From: Alphaproteobacteria bacterium
GTDB lineage: Bacteria; Pseudomonadota; Alphaproteobacteria; GCA-2731375
NCBI GenBank assembly: GCA_965232515.1
Contig: CBDDPY010000002.1
Coordinates: 416,001 to 480,000 of the forward strand
Direction: 5' to 3'
Length of the DNA: 64,000 nucleotides
The translations under genes were made by a program, and so were the position numbers. Shown piece after piece: positions 54,284 through 64,000 of this stretch (within the stretch, counting starts at the first letter, position 1; each line of letters starts with the position of its first letter). The notes under the pieces are model-generated. The model made no database searches and had not been told where the DNA came from. It saw only the letters and a list, made by a program, of their open reading frames with translations.

Positions 54284-55048
54284 CTATTGCATGATCGCCG
54301 GCCCCTTCAGGTCGCGGGGGCCGCCCTCGGGCAGGATGCCCAGGCGCCGCGCCACTTCCTGGTAGGCTTCGGCAACGCCGCCAAGATCGCGGCGGAAACG
54401 GTCCTTGTCCAGCTTTTCGTTGCTTTCGATGTCCCACAGCCGGCAGCTGTCCGGGCTGATCTCGTCGGCCAGCACGATCCGCACGTCGTCGTTCTGGTAG
54501 AGGCGGCCGAACTCGCACTTGAAGTCGACCAGCCGGATGCCGACGCCGATGAACAGACCATAAAGGAAATCGTTGATCCGGAGCGCCAGCGACATCACCT
54601 CGTCCAGCTCCGACGGGCTCGCCCAGCCAAAGCAGGTGATGTGCTCCTCGGTCACCAGCGGATCGCTCAAGTCGTCGGATTTGTAGCAGTACTCCACGAT
54701 CGACCGCGGCAGCGGCGTGCCTTCGGTGATGCCGAGGCGCTTGGTGATCGAACCGGCGGCGACGTTGCGCACGATGACCTCGATCGGGATGATTTCAACT
54801 TCTCGAATCAATTGCTCGCGCATATTCAACCGGCGCACGAAATGCGTCGGCACGCCGATCTCGCTGAGCCGCGTCATGATATATTCGGAGATGCGGTTGT
54901 TCAGCACCCCCTTGCCGGTGATGATGCCCTGCTTTTCGTTGTTGAAAGCGGTGGCGTCATCCTTGAAATACTGCACCAAAGTGCCGGGTTCGGGCCCTTC
55001 GAAGAGTACCTTCGCCTTGCCCTCGTAGACCTTGCGGCGCCGTGCCAT
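54284..55048 (-). CDS. purC: SAICAR synthetase
   Basis: [24 protein letters not shown] and [14 protein letters not shown] motifs. Confidence 0.97.
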   Translation of the reverse strand: MARRRKVYEGKAKVLFEGPEPGTLVQYFKDDATAFNNEKQGIITGKGVLNNRISEYIMTRLSEIGVPTHFVRRLNMREQLIREVEIIPIEVIVRNVAAGSITKRLGITEGTPLPRSIVEYCYKSDDLSDPLVTEEHITCFGWASPSELDEVMSLALRINDFLYGLFIGVGIRLVDFKCEFGRLYQNDDVRIVLADEISPDSCRLWDIESNEKLDKDRFRRDLGGVAEAYQEVARRLGILPEGGPRDLKGPAIMQ

Positions 55049-55275
55049 GGAAGCTGTCCTCGAACGAGGTTAATAGGACGTAAGGCCGCCGGTCGGCAGC
55101 CACATCCCTCAATTCCGATATAGCCTATTCGTCTTGACGAAACAACGATACGCGAGCGTGATTAACCTTTTATGCCCGCGCATCGGCACCAGATATGAGG
55201 TTGAACACAGGTCGGGACAAGGTTATGCGTTGCAGAGCGTTGCGCCCGCAAAATTTCGCGAGGGAGATCCGGTAA

Positions 55276-55596
55276 ATGAACAGCTTCAACGATAGGGAAA
55301 AGGCGTTCGAGGCGAAATACGCGCACGACCAGGAGACGAATTTCAAGATCAATGCCCGGCGCAACAAGCTCCTGGGCCTCTGGGCCGCGGCCGAGATGGG
55401 CCTGACGGGCGATGCCGCCGACGCCTATGCCAAGGACGTGATCAAGTCGGATTTCGAGGAAGCCGGCGACGAAGACGTGTTCCGTAAAGTGTGGGGCGAC
55501 CTTCAGGCCAAGGGTTCGGACATCTCCGAGCACCGCCTGCGCCAGCGCATGGCCGATCTGCTGGAAGAAGCGCGGCAGCAGATCACCAGCGAGTAG
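55276..55596 (+). CDS. DUF1476 protein (alphaproteobacterial ATP synthase zeta inhibitor)
   Basis: F.DREKAFEAKYAHDQE..FK..ARRNKLLGLWAA signature. Confidence 0.9.
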   Translation: MNSFNDREKAFEAKYAHDQETNFKINARRNKLLGLWAAAEMGLTGDAADAYAKDVIKSDFEEAGDEDVFRKVWGDLQAKGSDISEHRLRQRMADLLEEARQQITSE

Positions 55597-55600
55597 AACC

Positions 55601-56077
55601 GTGGCCGGCCTGCCCAGGTTCTGGTCCGCCGGACTGGCGGCCGTCTGTCTGACGGGGGTGCTGGTCGGCTGTTCTTGGGGGCCGGGCACGCGGATCAGCG
55701 ATCCGGTGTTGCCCGGCGCCGACATCCTGTCGCTCATGCACGGCAATACCTTCCGGGCCCGCACCGAGGCCGGCGCCGATGTCGCCATTTATTACCGTGA
55801 TGACGGCGAAGTCTTCATGCGTGGTCTGAAGAATTCGGGCGAACCCATTATCGATTCAGGGATTTGGTCTGTCGAATCCGATCGGCTCTGCACCCGCTGG
55901 AACAACATCCGCCGCCAGGCCAAGACCTGCGAGTGGGTGACCAACCGCGGCGGCGTCATCCGCACCTACGATCCCATCGGCAACCCGACCGCCAGCGGCC
56001 GTCTCTACGCCGGCAACCCCAACCGCGCCGACACCCTGCCGCAGGTCCCGCCGATCAAGGAACGCGCCGGGGGCTAG
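55601..56077 (+). CDS. Putative lipoprotein (DUF995-like)
   Basis: Lipobox LVGC; GNT..., YYRDDG, G.WSV....LCTRW and a second Cys. Confidence 0.65.
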   Translation: MAGLPRFWSAGLAAVCLTGVLVGCSWGPGTRISDPVLPGADILSLMHGNTFRARTEAGADVAIYYRDDGEVFMRGLKNSGEPIIDSGIWSVESDRLCTRWNNIRRQAKTCEWVTNRGGVIRTYDPIGNPTASGRLYAGNPNRADTLPQVPPIKERAGG

Positions 56078-56339
56078 CCCGGATTTCTCACCCCCATCAC
56101 GGTCTGCGTCGCGCACAGGCGTTCGATCCGCCAGGAGCGGGCCGAAAAGCGTAGTGGGACTACGGTTGAGGGCCGCGACGCCGCGGGGGGACGCCTGCGC
56201 GCGACCCTTCGGGCGGCGCCGTGCTGCCGACAGCGTGCGTCGCGCCGCTTGCCCGATGCCCCACATCGCGCCGCGCAGCGCTCCTGCCCTGTCGGCAGCA
56301 CGACGCCGCGCAGACCATGATGGAGGTGAGAAATCCGGG
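56078..56339. mobile_element. 262-bp MITE with 31-bp terminal inverted repeats and a CTAG target duplication
   Basis: Left end CCCGGATTTCTCACCCCCATCACGGTCTGCG; right end (reverse complement) CCCGGATTTCTCACCTCCATCATGGTCTGCG; CTAG at 56074-77 and 56340-43. Confidence 0.85.
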
Positions 56340-57635
56340 CTAGTCGCCGAAGACGCGGGCGAAGATCGTGTCGACGTGTTTCAGGTGATAGCCGAGGTCG
56401 AAGATGCCCTCGAGGGTCTGGGCCGATAGCGCCGCCGAGACGTCCGGATCGGCCTTCAAGAGATCCAGGAAGCTGCCGCCTTCGCGCCAGACGGTCATGG
56501 CGTTGCGCTGCACCAGCTCATAGGCGTCCTCGCGGCTGACGCCGGCCTGGGTCAGCGCCAGCAGCACGCGCTGCGAATGCACCAGGCCGCCGAGCCGGTC
56601 GAGGTTGGCGGCCATGTTCTCGGGATAGACCACCAGCTTGTCCATGACGCCGGTCAGGCGCGCCAGCGCGAAATCGAGCGTCACCGTCGCGTCGGGGCCG
56701 ATATTGCGCTCGACGCTCGAATGCGAGATGTCGCGCTCGTGCCACAGCGCCACGTTCTCCATGGCCGGCAGGGCCATCGAGCGCACAAGGCGGGCGAGCC
56801 CGGTCAGGTTCTCGGTCAGGATCGGGTTGCGCTTGTGCGGCATGGCGCTGGAGCCCTTCTGGCCGGCCGAGAAGTATTCCTCGGCCTCCAGCACCTCGGT
56901 GCGCTGCAGATGGCGAATTTCCGTCGCCAGCCGCTCGACCGAGGAGGCGATGACCGCCAGCACCGAGAAGAACATGGCGTGCCGGTCGCGCGGGATCACC
57001 TGCGTCGAGACCGGCTCCGGCGCCAGGCCCAGCGCCTTGGCGACATGCGCCTCGACCGCCGGCTCGATGTTGGCGAAGGTGCCGACGGCGCCCGAGATGG
57101 CGCAGGTCGCGACCTCCGCCCGGGCCTGGGCCAGCCGGGCCCGGTTGCGGTCGAACTCGGCATAGGCCTGGGCCAGCTTCAGGCCGAAAGTGGTTGGCTC
57201 GGCGTGAATGCCATGACTGCGGCCGACACAGACCGCATCTTTGTGCTCGTAGGCCCGCCGCTTCAGCACAGTCAGCAGGTCGTCCAGATCCTTCAGCAGG
57301 ATATCCGCCGCGCGCACGAGCTGGACGTTGAAGCAGGTGTCGAGCACGTCGGACGAGGTCATGCCCTGGTGCACGAAGCGGGCGGCTGGCCCGACATGCT
57401 CGGCGAGATTGGTCAGGAACGCGATGACGTCGTGCTTGGTCTCGCGCTCGATTTCGTCGATGCGCGCGATCTCGAACGTGCCCTTGTCCCAGATTTCCTT
57501 CGCGGCCTCGCGCGGGATCACGCCCAGCTCGGCCAGCGCGTCGCAGGCATGCGCCTCGATCTCGAACCAGATCTGGAACTTCGTCTCCGGCGACCAGACG
57601 GCCACCATTTCGGGTCGGGAATAGCGTGGAATCAT
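56340..57635 (-). CDS. purB: Adenylosuccinate lyase
   Basis: MIPRYSR, GRSHGIHAEP and GSSAMPHKRNP motifs. Confidence 0.97.
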   Translation of the reverse strand: MIPRYSRPEMVAVWSPETKFQIWFEIEAHACDALAELGVIPREAAKEIWDKGTFEIARIDEIERETKHDVIAFLTNLAEHVGPAARFVHQGMTSSDVLDTCFNVQLVRAADILLKDLDDLLTVLKRRAYEHKDAVCVGRSHGIHAEPTTFGLKLAQAYAEFDRNRARLAQARAEVATCAISGAVGTFANIEPAVEAHVAKALGLAPEPVSTQVIPRDRHAMFFSVLAVIASSVERLATEIRHLQRTEVLEAEEYFSAGQKGSSAMPHKRNPILTENLTGLARLVRSMALPAMENVALWHERDISHSSVERNIGPDATVTLDFALARLTGVMDKLVVYPENMAANLDRLGGLVHSQRVLLALTQAGVSREDAYELVQRNAMTVWREGGSFLDLLKADPDVSAALSAQTLEGIFDLGYHLKHVDTIFARVFGD

Positions 57636-57676
57636 CTGACCGGCTTTCTAGCCCATGCCGCGCTGCAACAAAAGCC

Positions 57677-59266
57677 TCAGTCGCCCTCCAACCGCGTCCG
57701 CAGTTCCGCCTTGGCGATCTTCTCCAGGGTCGAGCGCGGCAGTTCGTCGACGACGTGCACCTCGCGCGGCACCTTGAAGTCGGCCAGCATCCGTTTGCAG
57801 GCCGCCAGCACGTCGTCGGCGAGCGTCGGCGGCGGGTTCTTCGACAGCACGAACGCCACCGGCACCTCATTCAGCATGCTGTGCCGCTTCGCCACCACGG
57901 CCACCTCGTCGACGCCGGGCAGCGGCGCGATCACCCGCTCGACCTCGGACGCGGCGACGTTCTCGCCGCCGACCTTCAGCATGTCCTTGTCGCGGTCGGC
58001 GAACTGGATATAGCCGTCCTCGTGCAGGGTCACCCGGTCGCCGGTGATGAACCAACCCTGGTCGTCGAAGCTGGCGGCCGTCGCCTCGGGATTGTTGAGG
58101 TATTCTTTGAACAGCGACAGCCCCCGCACGCCCAGGACCCGCAGATGCCCGGTCTCACCCGGCGCGACCGGATTGCCGTCGTCATCCAGGACGGCGATGC
58201 CGTATTCCGGCGCCGCCTTGCCGATCATCATCGAGCGGTTCGGGTGATGCGCGTCGCCGACGATGCCGTGCGTCATGGTCTCGGTCATGCCCCACCAGCC
58301 GATGGTCTTGACCCGAAAATACTCGTCGCTCGGCGGCGAGCACATGGCGTTGCCCCAGAGCCGGTAATGGTGTTCTGCCGGCACGTCGTGGCGCATCAGC
58401 GCGGTCTGACAGAACCAGACCATCGAGGTCCAGGTGCAACGATGTTTCAGCGACACGTCCCAGAACCGGCTGGCCGAGAACCGCGGCTGAACCACCACAG
58501 AACAGCCGGCCCACAGGCTCGCCAGCACCGAATAGGCCTGGGCGTTGGTGTGGAACAGCGGCAGATAGCAGAGATGCACGTCGTCGGCGCGCAGGTCCTG
58601 GTGCAGGGCGTTGATTTTGGCGCCCCAGAGCGCGTTGGCGTGCGTCCAGACCACCCCCTTCGGCCGCGACGTGGTGCCGGACGTGTACTGAATGCCGACC
58701 GGCGCCATTGGTTCGGGGGGCCGCGCCGGCAGGTCGGCGGGATCGCCCTTCAGGCCTGCGAAGCCGCTCGCCGCCTCGGGCGCCTGGCCCTGCGCCGGCG
58801 GGACGCCGGCATCGGTCTCGGTCACCGCCAGCCAGCGCAGACCGGGGCAGCAGCCGTTCACCAGCTCGGCGAATTTCGGCTGCGTGATGCCGGCCACGAC
58901 CTTGGAATGCTCGGCGAAGTACGTCAGCTCATCGGCCGACGAACGGGCGTTCGTCGTCACCGCCACCGCGCCCAGCCGGGCGCAGGCATACCACGCCGCG
59001 ACCGCCTCGGGCGCGTTGTCCATATGGATCAGCACCCGGTCGCCGGCCGCGATGCCGCGCGCCGCCATGCCGGCCGCGACCCGGTCGACCCAGGCGGCGA
59101 ACGCGGCGAAGCTCCAGACCGCGCCCGGCCCCTCGAACGGCTCCCAGATCAGGAACGGATGTTTGGCTCTGGTTTTGGCGCGGCTTTCCAGCAGCCGCGG
59201 CACGTCCCAGCCGGAAAAGGGATGGATGTCTGGATGGCGCAGGCGGTTCATCGCTGTCGACCCCAT
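57677..59266 (-). CDS. Acyl-CoA ligase (CaiC-like AMP-binding enzyme)
   Basis: YTSGTTSRPKG, WGMTET, WFITGD and DRDKDMLKVGGENV motifs. Confidence 0.9.
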   Translation of the reverse strand: MGSTAMNRLRHPDIHPFSGWDVPRLLESRAKTRAKHPFLIWEPFEGPGAVWSFAAFAAWVDRVAAGMAARGIAAGDRVLIHMDNAPEAVAAWYACARLGAVAVTTNARSSADELTYFAEHSKVVAGITQPKFAELVNGCCPGLRWLAVTETDAGVPPAQGQAPEAASGFAGLKGDPADLPARPPEPMAPVGIQYTSGTTSRPKGVVWTHANALWGAKINALHQDLRADDVHLCYLPLFHTNAQAYSVLASLWAGCSVVVQPRFSASRFWDVSLKHRCTWTSMVWFCQTALMRHDVPAEHHYRLWGNAMCSPPSDEYFRVKTIGWWGMTETMTHGIVGDAHHPNRSMMIGKAAPEYGIAVLDDDGNPVAPGETGHLRVLGVRGLSLFKEYLNNPEATAASFDDQGWFITGDRVTLHEDGYIQFADRDKDMLKVGGENVAASEVERVIAPLPGVDEVAVVAKRHSMLNEVPVAFVLSKNPPPTLADDVLAACKRMLADFKVPREVHVVDELPRSTLEKIAKAELRTRLEGD

Positions 59267-59276
59267 TGTTCTTGGT

Positions 59277-60179
59277 TCAGCCGCCTCGACGGCGCACGCC
59301 CTCGCGGTAGGCGATATAGCTTCCGCTGGCGACGATAATGGCCGCGCCGACCCAGGTCCAGAAATCGGGGAACTCGGCGAAGATCAGATAGCCGAGCAGC
59401 ACCGCGCCGACGAGCTGGCCATAGCCGAACGGCGCCAGCAGCGAGGCCGGCGCATAGTCCAGCGACTTCACAACGCAGAGATGGCCGAAGCCGCCGAAGA
59501 AGCCGAGGCTGAGGAACAACAGCCAGTCCCAGCCCTGCGGCGTGATCCAGTCGAACGGCGCGACCACGCTCGATACGACCACGCCGACGACGGCCGTGAA
59601 CGTGATCGTGGTCGAGGCATCGTCGTGGCCGGACAGCTTGCGCGTGAAGATCTGATAGAACGAATAGCTGGTGGCGCTGCCCAGCACCAGCAGCGCCGCC
59701 CAATGCCCGAAATCGCTGCCTGGGCGGATGATGATCACCGTGCCGACGAAACCGATCAGCACGGCGATCCAGCGCCGCGGCCCGACGCTTTCACTCAGCA
59801 TCAGCACCGACAGCACGGTGATGATGAAGGGCGAGGTGAAGCTGATCGTCGCCGCGTTCGCCAGCGGAATGTAGTTGAGGGCGGAGAAATAGAACGCCGT
59901 CGCGGCGAACAGCAAAAGCGAGCGGAAGATCTGCATGCCCGGCCGGCTGGTGCGCAGCAGGCCAAGGCCGCGTTTGGGCATGAACACCAGCAGCATGAAA
60001 CCGAGATGGCCGAGGTAGCGCAGCCAGACGATCTGCGTCGTCGCGTAGTCGGCGCTCAGGTACTTGACGGTCGCGTTCAGGATCGGGAACAGCGATACCG
60101 CCAGGCACATGAAGAAGATGCCGCGCAGGATCTGGCCCTGGTCGGTCCCGCCCGCGCCGGGCGGCGCGGCGTCAGGCAT
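59277..60179 (-). CDS. DMT/EamA-family transporter
   Basis: About 10 TM helices; FTSPF....LS...L.E.VG.RRW and LAPFGYGQL motifs. Confidence 0.9.
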   Translation of the reverse strand: MPDAAPPGAGGTDQGQILRGIFFMCLAVSLFPILNATVKYLSADYATTQIVWLRYLGHLGFMLLVFMPKRGLGLLRTSRPGMQIFRSLLLFAATAFYFSALNYIPLANAATISFTSPFIITVLSVLMLSESVGPRRWIAVLIGFVGTVIIIRPGSDFGHWAALLVLGSATSYSFYQIFTRKLSGHDDASTTITFTAVVGVVVSSVVAPFDWITPQGWDWLLFLSLGFFGGFGHLCVVKSLDYAPASLLAPFGYGQLVGAVLLGYLIFAEFPDFWTWVGAAIIVASGSYIAYREGVRRRGG

Positions 60180-60840
60180 CGACGATCTGGAACTGCTTCA
60201 GGCGAATGTTGAAGGCGACGACGATGCGTTCGCCGGTGCCATGAAAGGGATGCACCATGTGCAGGTGCCAGGACGGGAACATCAGCATCATGCCCGCCTG
60301 CGGGTGCACCGTGAACTTGTAGCCGAAGTCGAAGCCCGGAACGGGCGAGGCCGTAGCCCCGCCGCGCGGATCGTGGAACTCGAACATGCCGCTCAACGGA
60401 TGCGCCGGGTCCGGCAGGCCGGCATCGACATAATAGACGCCCGACCAATGGTGGCCGGGATGGTTGTGCAGCACGTTGTAATCGCCGTCGCGATTGATGT
60501 TGGCCCAGGCGGCGATCTGCGGCTCCAGCCGGATGCGCTTGTCGCCGGCATTGGGCCCCAGCGCTAGCCGCGTGATCTGGCTGACGCCGGCGATCATCAT
60601 CGACTTCAGCTGCTCGATCTCGGGGCCCGGCCAGTCCATCACATTGGGATCGGACTGCCAGCCGCCGGCGCTGCTGCTTTTCAGACCCTGCTGGCCGAAT
60701 TCGGGATGCGCTTGCTCCTGGGCCAGGATCAACCGCTTCAGACTGGCGTTGAACGCCTCGGTGTTGGGCCACTGCCGCCGCAGGATCGGCGTCGCATAGG
60801 TCAGCAGCACATCGTCGCCGATCGGCACGTCAAGCAGCAT
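60172..60840 (-). CDS. TIGR02466-like putative 2OG-Fe(II) oxygenase (second paralogue)
   Basis: GGWQS, WANIN, HNHPGHHWSGVYYVD and FPSWHLHMVHPF...RIVVAFN motifs. Confidence 0.82.
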   Translation of the reverse strand: MLLDVPIGDDVLLTYATPILRRQWPNTEAFNASLKRLILAQEQAHPEFGQQGLKSSSAGGWQSDPNVMDWPGPEIEQLKSMMIAGVSQITRLALGPNAGDKRIRLEPQIAAWANINRDGDYNVLHNHPGHHWSGVYYVDAGLPDPAHPLSGMFEFHDPRGGATASPVPGFDFGYKFTVHPQAGMMLMFPSWHLHMVHPFHGTGERIVVAFNIRLKQFQIVDA

Positions 60841-60908
60841 CGGGCACTTCCGGTTCGGCCGTGGGGGATCGACGTCTTGCGTAGCAAGAATTGGGCGCGG
60901 CCGGCAAC

Positions 60909-61589
60909 CTAGATCAACCCCAGCGCCTTGAAGCTGGCGTGGCGCTCGCGGCCGACGATGACGTGGTCGTGCACGACGATGCCGAGCGACTTCGCCGCCT
61001 CGACGACCTGCTTGGTCATGTCGATGTCGGCCCGGCTCGGCGTCGGGTCGCCCGAGGGATGGTTGTGCACCATGATCAGCGCCGTGGCGCCGACCTCCAG
61101 CGCGCGCTTCACCACCTCGCGCGGATAGACCGGCGTGTGGTCGACCGTGCCCCGCTGCAGCACCTCGTCGGCGATCAGCACGTTTTTGCGGTCGAGGTAG
61201 AGCACGCGGAATTCCTCGATGCTGCTGTGCCCCATGCTGGCCCGGCAATAGTCCAGCAGCGCCTGCCAGGACGACACGGCCGGCCGGTTCATGATCTGGC
61301 CCTGCACCAGCCGGACTGCCGCGGCCTGCACGGCCTTCAACGTCGCGATCGTGGTCTCGCCGACATCCTCGACCTCGGCCAGGCGCTCCGGGTCTGCCGT
61401 GATGACCTGGCTGAAGCTGCCGAAACGATCGATCAGCCGCTTTGCCAGCGGCTTCACATCGCCACGTGGCTTGGCGCCGAACAGCACCAGTTCCAGCAGT
61501 TCGTAGTCCGCCAGCGCCTCGGGCCCGGCCCGCACGAAGCGTTCGCGCAGCCGCTGCCGGTGACCGTGATAATGCGGTTTGTCAGCCAT
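60909..61589 (-). CDS. radC: RadC-family JAB-domain protein
   Basis: [37 protein letters not shown] and DHVIVG motifs. Confidence 0.95.
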   Translation of the reverse strand: MADKPHYHGHRQRLRERFVRAGPEALADYELLELVLFGAKPRGDVKPLAKRLIDRFGSFSQVITADPERLAEVEDVGETTIATLKAVQAAAVRLVQGQIMNRPAVSSWQALLDYCRASMGHSSIEEFRVLYLDRKNVLIADEVLQRGTVDHTPVYPREVVKRALEVGATALIMVHNHPSGDPTPSRADIDMTKQVVEAAKSLGIVVHDHVIVGRERHASFKALGLI

Positions 61590-61614
61590 TGCGGCCGTTC
61601 CGCAATGCCGGCGT

Positions 61615-61714
61615 CACCCTTCGAGACAGCCCCTTCGGGGCTTCCTCAGGGTGAGGCTTATCATTTGATACCCTCACGCTGAGGAGCCCGCGAGAGCGGG
61701 CGTCTCGAAGCGTG
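61615..61714. repeat. REP doublet, family A
   Basis: CACCCTTCGAGAC..TTCCTCAGGGTGAGG (61615-61656) and inverted CCTCACGCTGAGGAG..GTCTCGAAGCGTG (61672-61714). Confidence 0.88.
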
Positions 61715-61902
61715 GCGTGCGGCGTGACTGGACATCTCATCGACGTGGATTGTAGGTCGCTGGCCCGTCTGGCGTCACGTCTCGATTGAAACTCGCGGGC
61801 CGCCACGCAACCCGAAACAACGGAAACAAAACCGGCTTTGCGGCCATGCCCGCCCTGCGGCTATTCTCCGGCCGCGACGAAATCGCTTGCGGAGATGTGA
61901 AC

Positions 61903-63288
61903 ATGGGCCTGTTGGACTGCCGTGGCGTGGATGTGTCGACCGACGACCGGCGCCTGATCGACGCGTTGGAGGCGGCGCACGAGGATAGCCTGACATTTCA
62001 AGGCGATGCCGTCGCCCGCGTCAGCGCGGTACTGGACGAGCATCCCGACTTCGTCATGGGTCACTGCTTCAAGGCCGGGCTGCTGACCCAGGCCATGGAG
62101 ACCCGGATCTACGACGATATGCTGGCCAGCGTCGAGGCGGCCGAGGCGTTGGCTGACAAGGCCAACGTCCGCGAGCGCGGCCATATGACGGCGCTCCGGG
62201 CCTGGGTCGACGGCGGATTCCACGAGGCGGTCGAGCATTGGGAAGCGGTCCTGGTCGACTACCCCCACGACCTGCTGGCGCTGCAGCTCGCGCACCTCTC
62301 CGACGTGCTGTTGGGCGACACCATCAATCAGCGCGACCGTGTCGCCCGCGTGCTGCCGACCTGGGACGAGGGCGTGCCGGGCTACGGTTACGTGCTCGGC
62401 TTCTACTCCTTCGGCCTGGAGGAATGCCGCGACTTCGCCCAGGCCGAGGAGGCGGGTCGCCGCGCCGTCGCCATGAATCCGAAGGACGCCTACGCCATCC
62501 ACGCGGTCGCCCACATCATGGAGATGCAGGGCCGGCAGCAAGGCGGCATCGTCTGGATGAACAGCCGCGTCGACGACTGGGCGCCCGGCAATTTCTCGAA
62601 CCATCTCTGGTGGCACTTGTCGCTCTACCATCTCGATCTCGGCCAGTTCGACCGCGTGCTCGAGATCTATGACAACCAGTTACGTTCCGGCGGCGCCAAG
62701 GGCGACAAGTACGAGGAGCTGGACGCGACGGCCCTGCTATGGCGGCTCAAGCTGCTCGACGTCGATGTCGGCGACCGCTGGCGCGAGCTTGCCGATCGTT
62801 GGGAGCCGGCGGCCACCGATACCCTCTACGCCTTCAACGACGTGCACGCGATGATGACTTTCGTCTCGGACGACCGCGCGGACGCGGCCGAGCGGGTGTT
62901 GACCGCGACAGAGCGCTATGTGAACCAGGCAACCGACGCCAACGTCGCCATGACCCGCATCATCGGTTTGCCGTTCTGTCGTGCGCTGCAGGCCTTCGCC
63001 AAGGGCGACTACGAATCCACGGTGGATCAACTGCTGCCGATCCGCTATCGCACGCACCGCCTTGGCGGCAGTCACGCCCAGCGCGACATCATCGCGCTGA
63101 CGCTGCTGGAGGCGGCGCTGCGATCAGGCCGTTTTAGGCTGGCCCGGGCGCTCGCGGCAGAGCGCACCGCGGTCAAACCGACCAGCCCGCAGAACTGGAA
63201 GTTCATGTCCCGCGCCCTCGACGGGCTCGGCGACACGGGTGGCGCCACCCGCGCCGCGGCCCGCGCCGACTCGCTGCCCAGCCTCTAG
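61903..63288 (+). CDS. TPR protein, TTC38-like
   Basis: P.DLLALQLAH, FGLEEC, AIHAVAHIMEM, HLWWHL and GGSHAQRD motifs. Confidence 0.8.
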   Translation: MGLLDCRGVDVSTDDRRLIDALEAAHEDSLTFQGDAVARVSAVLDEHPDFVMGHCFKAGLLTQAMETRIYDDMLASVEAAEALADKANVRERGHMTALRAWVDGGFHEAVEHWEAVLVDYPHDLLALQLAHLSDVLLGDTINQRDRVARVLPTWDEGVPGYGYVLGFYSFGLEECRDFAQAEEAGRRAVAMNPKDAYAIHAVAHIMEMQGRQQGGIVWMNSRVDDWAPGNFSNHLWWHLSLYHLDLGQFDRVLEIYDNQLRSGGAKGDKYEELDATALLWRLKLLDVDVGDRWRELADRWEPAATDTLYAFNDVHAMMTFVSDDRADAAERVLTATERYVNQATDANVAMTRIIGLPFCRALQAFAKGDYESTVDQLLPIRYRTHRLGGSHAQRDIIALTLLEAALRSGRFRLARALAAERTAVKPTSPQNWKFMSRALDGLGDTGGATRAAARADSLPSL

Positions 63289-63315
63289 GAACTGCCAACG
63301 CATGCGCCGGCGGCC

Positions 63316-63404
63316 CTGGATTGCCGGCTCAAGCCCGGCAACGACGAATTGTTGCAGGTATCGAACGCTTCTTCGTCATGCCCGTGCTCGACACGGGCAT
63401 CCAG
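63316..63404. repeat. REP doublet, family B (CGTC-ended)
   Basis: Both units match the 40701-40772 units with 1-2 mismatches, in inverted orientation. Confidence 0.85.
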
Positions 63405-63477
63405 AGGCAACGAGTGCGGCCGGCAACGTTTTTCACCTGTCTCTGGATCGTTAACCCGACCTGTGTAAGATGCCGCC

Positions 63478-64000
63478 ATGTCGGCGTTGATTCCGCGGCT
63501 CCCGAAGGCCGAGTTGCATATCCATATCGAGGGCAGCCTCGAGCCCGAGATGATGTTCGCGCTGGCGCAGCGAAACAATGTGACGCTCGCTTACAACAGC
63601 GTCGCGGCGATCCGCGCGGCCTACAACTTCGGCCAGCTGCAGGACTTCCTCGACCTCTACTACCAGGGCATGTCGGTCCTGCTCACCGAGGAAGACTTCT
63701 ACGACCTGACATCAGCCTACCTGAAACGCGTCGCGGCCGACGGCGCGGTCTACACCGAGATTTTCTTCGATCCCCAGGGCCACCTCGAGCGCGGCGTCGC
63801 GTTCGAGACGGTGATCGACGGCATCCACCGCGCAACATCGGACGCCGCCCGCGACCTGGGCGTCGAAAGCCGGCTGATCATGTGCTTCCTGCGCCACCTC
63901 GACGAGGCCGACGCGGAACGTACGCTCGATCTGGCGCTGCCGCACAAGGACCGCATCGTCGCCGTCGGCCTCGACTCCTCCGAGGTCGGCCATCCGCCCG
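63478..64000 (+). CDS. Adenine/adenosine deaminase (3'-truncated by the window edge)
   Basis: [26 protein letters not shown] and VGLDSSE.GHP motifs. Confidence 0.92.
   Translation, partial: MSALIPRLPKAELHIHIEGSLEPEMMFALAQRNNVTLAYNSVAAIRAAYNFGQLQDFLDLYYQGMSVLLTEEDFYDLTSAYLKRVAADGAVYTEIFFDPQGHLERGVAFETVIDGIHRATSDAARDLGVESRLIMCFLRHLDEADAERTLDLALPHKDRIVAVGLDSSEVGHPP

Noticed and set aside
60909-61589. radC as a marker of a mobile element
   Set aside because: It is the full-length chromosomal type with an N-terminal helical region, and no integrase or conjugation genes are nearby.

Overview
A high-GC alphaproteobacterial chromosomal segment, probably Rhodospirillales-like (inferred from gene content such as the DUF1476 zeta subunit beside purC and a class II DAHP synthase). 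About 1-14 kb: a pentahaem cytochrome c and a CycH-like TPR protein, divergent from an Xps-like type II secretion operon (gspO-F-I-J-K-L-M-N-D; no E, G or H in the window). Two convergent exported proteins follow, one a MORN-repeat/Pro-rich protein ending in a stand-alone secretin N0-like domain. About 14-23 kb: mixed accessory genes (UDG, LigB-type ATP-dependent ligase, a cytochrome c/c'/LTXXQ operon behind a CueR-like promoter, fetAB) ending at tRNA-Val(CAC). About 23-64 kb: mostly housekeeping genes (glmU, glmS, gabD, gor, DAHP synthase, NAPRTase-like, nadE, cysS, cimA, trmJ, rpsD, grxD, bolA, purLQSC, purB, radC, a partial adenine/adenosine deaminase). The intergenic DNA carries at least three palindromic REP-like families and a 262-bp MITE. 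The most notable element, missed by the ORF track, is a GIY-YIG nuclease gene with a nonsense codon, bracketed by two REP doublets whose family also occurs alone elsewhere in the window. This resembles a RAYT/REPIN locus but with a different nuclease. All calls are from motif recognition by eye; no database searches were run.
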